From assembly GCF_030028105.1 (NCBI RefSeq), contig NC_092383.1:86261921-86325920 (forward strand): 64,000 nt of DNA, read 5' to 3'. This DNA is from Mobula birostris. Taxonomy: Eukaryota. The notes beneath the pieces are model-generated. The model did not search any database. It was given only the letters and a program-made list of their open reading frames with translations, and had not been told where the DNA came from. Below are positions 59,700 to 64,000 of this stretch, one piece after another (positions within the stretch are counted from its first letter, which is position 1; each line of letters opens with the position of its first letter). The position numbers and the translations under genes are program-made.

Positions 59700-59991
59700 A
59701 TCTCGTATCAACACCTGTTGCTGTAATTCTACAGCCGTACCATCCTGTATCTCCCGTGTGAAGATCCTCCATAGTAACAGCAAATACTCCCCATTCCGGG
59801 TCATCTGTGATTGACACTCGGCTACTCCGTCCGTGTTGCCCATTTGTTTCCACTAAAACTGAACATTGTTGACTCTATCCATGGTACCAATACTTTGTGT
59901 GTGAGCGGTACGTTGCATCAGTGATAATTGATTGTGATCGCTCTTCCCACAACCCCTCTTACATCTTTCTCCTCACACAATGCACCTGAAA
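59700..59991 (-). pseudogene. Unit D V exon, pseudogenised
   Basis: The first Ig Cys is mutated (TGT to TAT), a 2-nt deletion creates TGA, YWC has become YWY, and the 3' end and donor are deleted and fused to Tc1 sequence. Confidence 0.9.
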
Positions 59992-61046
59992 CTGAGGGAG
60001 GCATTTTCAGATTTGAGGGAAAGGAACAACTTCATGCAAACAAATACCTTTGAACACGAGTGTAAAAACAGGTCCAGGTCACGTCCAGAATGTGAACCAT
60101 GATGAGCAACCAATAATTCCGGTATGAAGTGCAGCCGAACGTACACAAATATAACAGCCGTTTCATTTAGGATGCTGCTCTAATTTCTGATGGAAATCTT
60201 ATATTTTGCATCTATCAGGTATTTCTATGTGTAGTTGGAAGGTGGTGTAACAGTGGTCATTACCACTTCAGTGTCAAGAACTCCAAGCATGATTTCAATT
60301 TCCATAAGGATATATTGTGTGTTTAAATCCAATTTATTAATTATTTCTAGAATTTATAACCACATATCAATGATGGTAATAATCAACTACCAGATTTTCA
60401 AAATCCCATCTGGATCAGAAAAGCCTTTAGGGACAGAAATCTCTCATCCCTACCCACCCTGGCTTATCTTTGACTCCAGATCTAGTTGTATTCTTTACTT
60501 AATTGCCCCAGTGAAATGGCCCAGGAAAGACACTGATATCAAGACAATGTCAGCGTATTCCCTGCAGAGTGAAATCAGATTCCAGCAATGGTAGACCTGA
60601 TATTCCCACTGAACAGCCTCCAGGAGATTTCAGTAGCTGGATATATTCTCCCCCCACTTGGCTACACACTACTCCCTTTTTCCCTTTATCTGCTTCCACC
60701 TCTCAGCCATCTTCAAAATCCACCCCTTTTCCTCCCCATTCCATTTGCCTGTCATGCTTCACCCCTCCTCAGTCCCTGACCACCTAGTGGACCCAGATTC
60801 ACATCTCCCCCTCTCCTATTTACACTATCTTCCTCTCCACTCAGACTTGATGCAGAGACTCAGCCTAAACTGTTCGACAGTTCTCTTCCCCCTAACAGAT
60901 GCTGTTTGGCTCACTGACTTCCTCCGGAAGTTTGCTCTGAACTCCAGATTCAGTCATCTGTAGTGTCTGCACACATCAAGTTCTGTTCTGCAAATGGTGG
61001 ACGACCTCCAAATCAATGCAAATGGCCAGTGCTTGCTGTCACTCAC

Positions 61047-61083
61047 CAGGTAGGAAACCAATCAGAGGAATTGAAGTCCACAT
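61047..61083 (-). pseudogene. Unit D signal-peptide exon (MWTSIPLIGFLP)
   Basis: ATG, 37 nt, donor GTGAGT. Confidence 0.85.
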
Positions 61084-61151
61084 TGCTTTATTCACAGAGA
61101 CCCAGCCAGGACCTGTCTGTCCTCAGCAAGAAGTAACAGTGAAATAAAAAT

Positions 61152-61190
61152 GAGGAAGATGGCAGCAGGAAGTTCAATAAGAGAACCACA
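61152..61190. promoter_or_regulatory. Unit D promoter-like ETS/ETS/RUNX triplet (GAGGAAG, CAGGAAGT, AACCACA)
   Basis: All three motifs are intact at the conserved spacing. Confidence 0.5.
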
Positions 61191-62829
61191 ACAGGGGTAT
61201 GGTATGTGACAATCTGAAAAGCTTTTAGCTATATTTAGCAAGACAGAAACATTTAAGCAATTCCCAAAAACTGAATGAAATGTTGAGAAGAGTTAAAATG
61301 GTAGATACAAGAAACAGCAGTTGGTCTAATCTTCAGCAAAAACCAACTGCTGCAGATGTCCTGAAGCAGAGCATTAATCTAAAAATGTTGCCTCTGTGGA
61401 TCCCACCTCTCTCCCCACATTTCTCCAGAAATTTTATTTTTTTACTTGATTAAATATGTTAGGTGCATTGAGTTATTGGGGAAACTGCTGATGTTGAAAA
61501 CTAAATGGTGGAAAAGGAAAAAGCCCATGTTGAAGGTTGTCGTGATTGTGAGTTGAAGTTACGATCTGGGCTTCGTGTCTACGGGTTCCATGTGCTGATT
61601 TGAGGCTGAGGGAGTGACCCTCCCCACTGCTCCAGTCTTTTCTTCTAAATGCTATTTGCTTCCTTTTGTTTTTGATTTGTTCTTTTCTCTCGCTGTACAT
61701 TGGGTGTTTGGAGGTCTTCTTTTATTTGTGGGTTATTTTGGGTTTCTTTGATTTGTGGCTGCCTGTAAGGAAGCTAACCTCAGGATTGTATAATGTATGC
61801 ATACAATGATGATAAATGTACATTGAACTATTGAATATTGAAAGGCCTAGATAGAATGGATGTGGAAGGGATGTTGCCTGTAGAAAAGGAGTCTAAGACC
61901 AGAGGGTACAGCCTCAGAGTACAGGATGTTCCTTTAGAACAAAGTTGAAATTGAGAGTGATGAATCTGTGGAATTCACTGCCACAGATGGCTGCGGAGGC
62001 CAAGACACCAGGTGTATTTTGAGTGGAGATTGATAGTTTCTTGATTAGTAAGGACGTCAAAGGCTACGGGGAGAAGTCAGGATAATGAGATTGAGAGTAA
62101 AAATAAATCAAACATGATGAAATGGTGGAATAGACCCAAGGGGAAGATTGTCTTAGTTCTTCTCCTATGCCTTTTGATCTTATGGTCTTCTAATACATTC
62201 ACCAAACCTGTGAACTCTTCTACACCCGTCCAATATTTCCACATTCAGTATTTGCCATGATGATAATTCAATCAAATCTGTTTTGTGAACTTGCTGCCAA
62301 AAAGCAACAAACTAGGAAATAGGTGTGATGTAGAAAGGGCTTTTCATGCAAACTTAGCACACAGTACTTGGCTTAATTCACTCTCCTCTCTGAAGGCTGT
62401 GTCTTATCTTTGAAGAGACTTTAAAGCTCCACTCTTCTGAATTCTATTCCATCTGTTTGTGCAATTTCAATAGCTCTGATGGGATTTCACTTTGCTGCAG
62501 TTACCATCAGGAGCAATGTCAACATCAATATCTTCCAACCCAATGTCACGTCTTTCTGATGATTTGATTTCATTTTAATAAACAGAGCAATGCCACCCTT
62601 GTTGCCTTCTTGTCTGTTCTTTCGATACAATGTTCTCCAAGCTATAATTTTCTTTCAGCCATGATTCAGTGATGCCTACAACATCATACATGCCAATCCA
62701 TAACTTTGTGACAAGTTCCTCTACCTTATTCCGTATACTGCACATATTCAAATTTAACGGTGTATTCACCCTGTTCGATCTTGTCTGCCTTTTATGTTGA
62801 AACTCATCCTATTGACTGGTATTTTGCCC

Positions 62830-63450
62830 TGTCAGAATCAGAATCAGGTTTATTGTCATCGGCACTTGTTAACTTGGCAGCAGCAGTTCAATGCAATATA
62901 TAATTTAGCAGAGAAAATAATAATAATAAATAAACAAGTAAATCAATTACAGTATACATATATTTAATAATTTTTTTAAAAAGCGTGCAAAATCAGAAAT
63001 ACTGTATATTTAAAAAAAGTGAGGTAGTGTCCAAAGATTCAATGTCAATTTAGGAATCAGATGGCAGAGGGGAAGAAACTGTTCCTGAATCGCTGAGTGT
63101 GTCTCTTCAGGCTTCTGTATCTCCTACCTGATGGTGACAGTGAGAAAAGGGCATGCCCTGGATGCTGGAGGTCATTAATAATTGATGCTGCCTTTCCATG
63201 ACACCGCTCTCTGAAGATGTCCTGGGTACTTTGAAGACTAGTACCCAAGATAGAGCTGACTAGATTTACAACCTTCTGCAGCTTCTTCTGGTCCTGTGCA
63301 GTAGCCCCTCCATACAAGACAGTGATGCAACCTGTCAGAATGCTCTCCATGGTACAACTATAGATATTTTTGAGTGTATTTGTTGACATACCGTATCTCT
63401 TCGATCTCCTAATTATGTACAGCCGCTGTCTTGCCTTCTTTATAACTACA
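62830..63450 (-). mobile_element. Rex/L2-like LINE 3' fragment
   Basis: ORF 63057-63389 reads YSCTMESILTGCITV..GRRYRSL..RFRNSFFP. A (GATTCT)n tail lies at ~62835. Confidence 0.85.
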
Positions 63451-64000
63451 ACAGCCTCGCCTCACCACACATTGGGTATTTGTAAATGATACCTTGTATA
63501 ATATGAGAGCTGACTCTATTGTATAAGTTATTGCTGTCAGTTGTGTAGTGTTCACCCTCAGTGAAGGATGTGGTTAGAACGTCTGTCTTCTTTACTTGCC
63601 ATAGCAAACAGAATATGGAGAAGTACGAACAGCTGTTGGTACTTCTCTATAGATGACAGATGTTCTGGTCTCCTCCTGTATTGCCCCATCACTTCTTGGA
63701 AAACATCTCAACAACCATGGTGCAACATGCTGATGTGAACAAGTGCAGAGAAACTAAACATCTTCAACAAAACTATTTTGTTTCAGCATCTAGATCATTG
63801 AACAACAATAACAATTCAGGGAAGTGAAAAGGCCACTTAACCATTGTGTTGAAACCTAATCCCAATCCTGTGCAGCCCCGTAAATACAATGGTGGGATCA
63901 TAAAATGTTTACCAGTCAGTTCTTGGGAAGTTATCCAAGAACTGAGGCTTTATAAGGTATAGGTCAGATTCAATGGGCTGAGTGGCCTAATTCTGTTCTG

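Overview
This is repeat-dense vertebrate genomic DNA with no prokaryotic features. The repeat landscape (CR1 and Rex1/Babar-type LINEs, Tc1 derivatives, hairpin MITEs, Gypsy remnants) suggests a cartilaginous fish, probably a ray; that assignment is inference. On the minus strand lies a tandem cluster of four paralogous Ig-superfamily receptor units. Each begins with a 37-40 nt signal-peptide exon and an ETS/ETS/RUNX promoter. The V domains are CD300/pIgR-like, and the intact ones alternate with C2-type domains. Unit A (leader 7.9 kb, V 5.5 kb, C2 4.2 kb) is intact and runs off the left edge. Unit B (47.6 kb to 26.2 kb) can be assembled by hand into a complete in-frame gene of about 500 aa: leader-V-C2-(8 aa microexon)-V'-C2'-stalk-TM-short tail. 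Its TM carries Lys/Arg and it has no tyrosine motif, so it looks like an activating receptor. It also holds a stop-containing symmetric stalk exon and a dead V' relic in a late intron. Units C (56.6-54.9 kb) and D (61.1-58.0 kb) are pseudogenes with intact leaders and promoters. Splice models were built manually from GT/AG sites, exon phase and paralog comparison and have no transcript support. Repeat boundaries are approximate.
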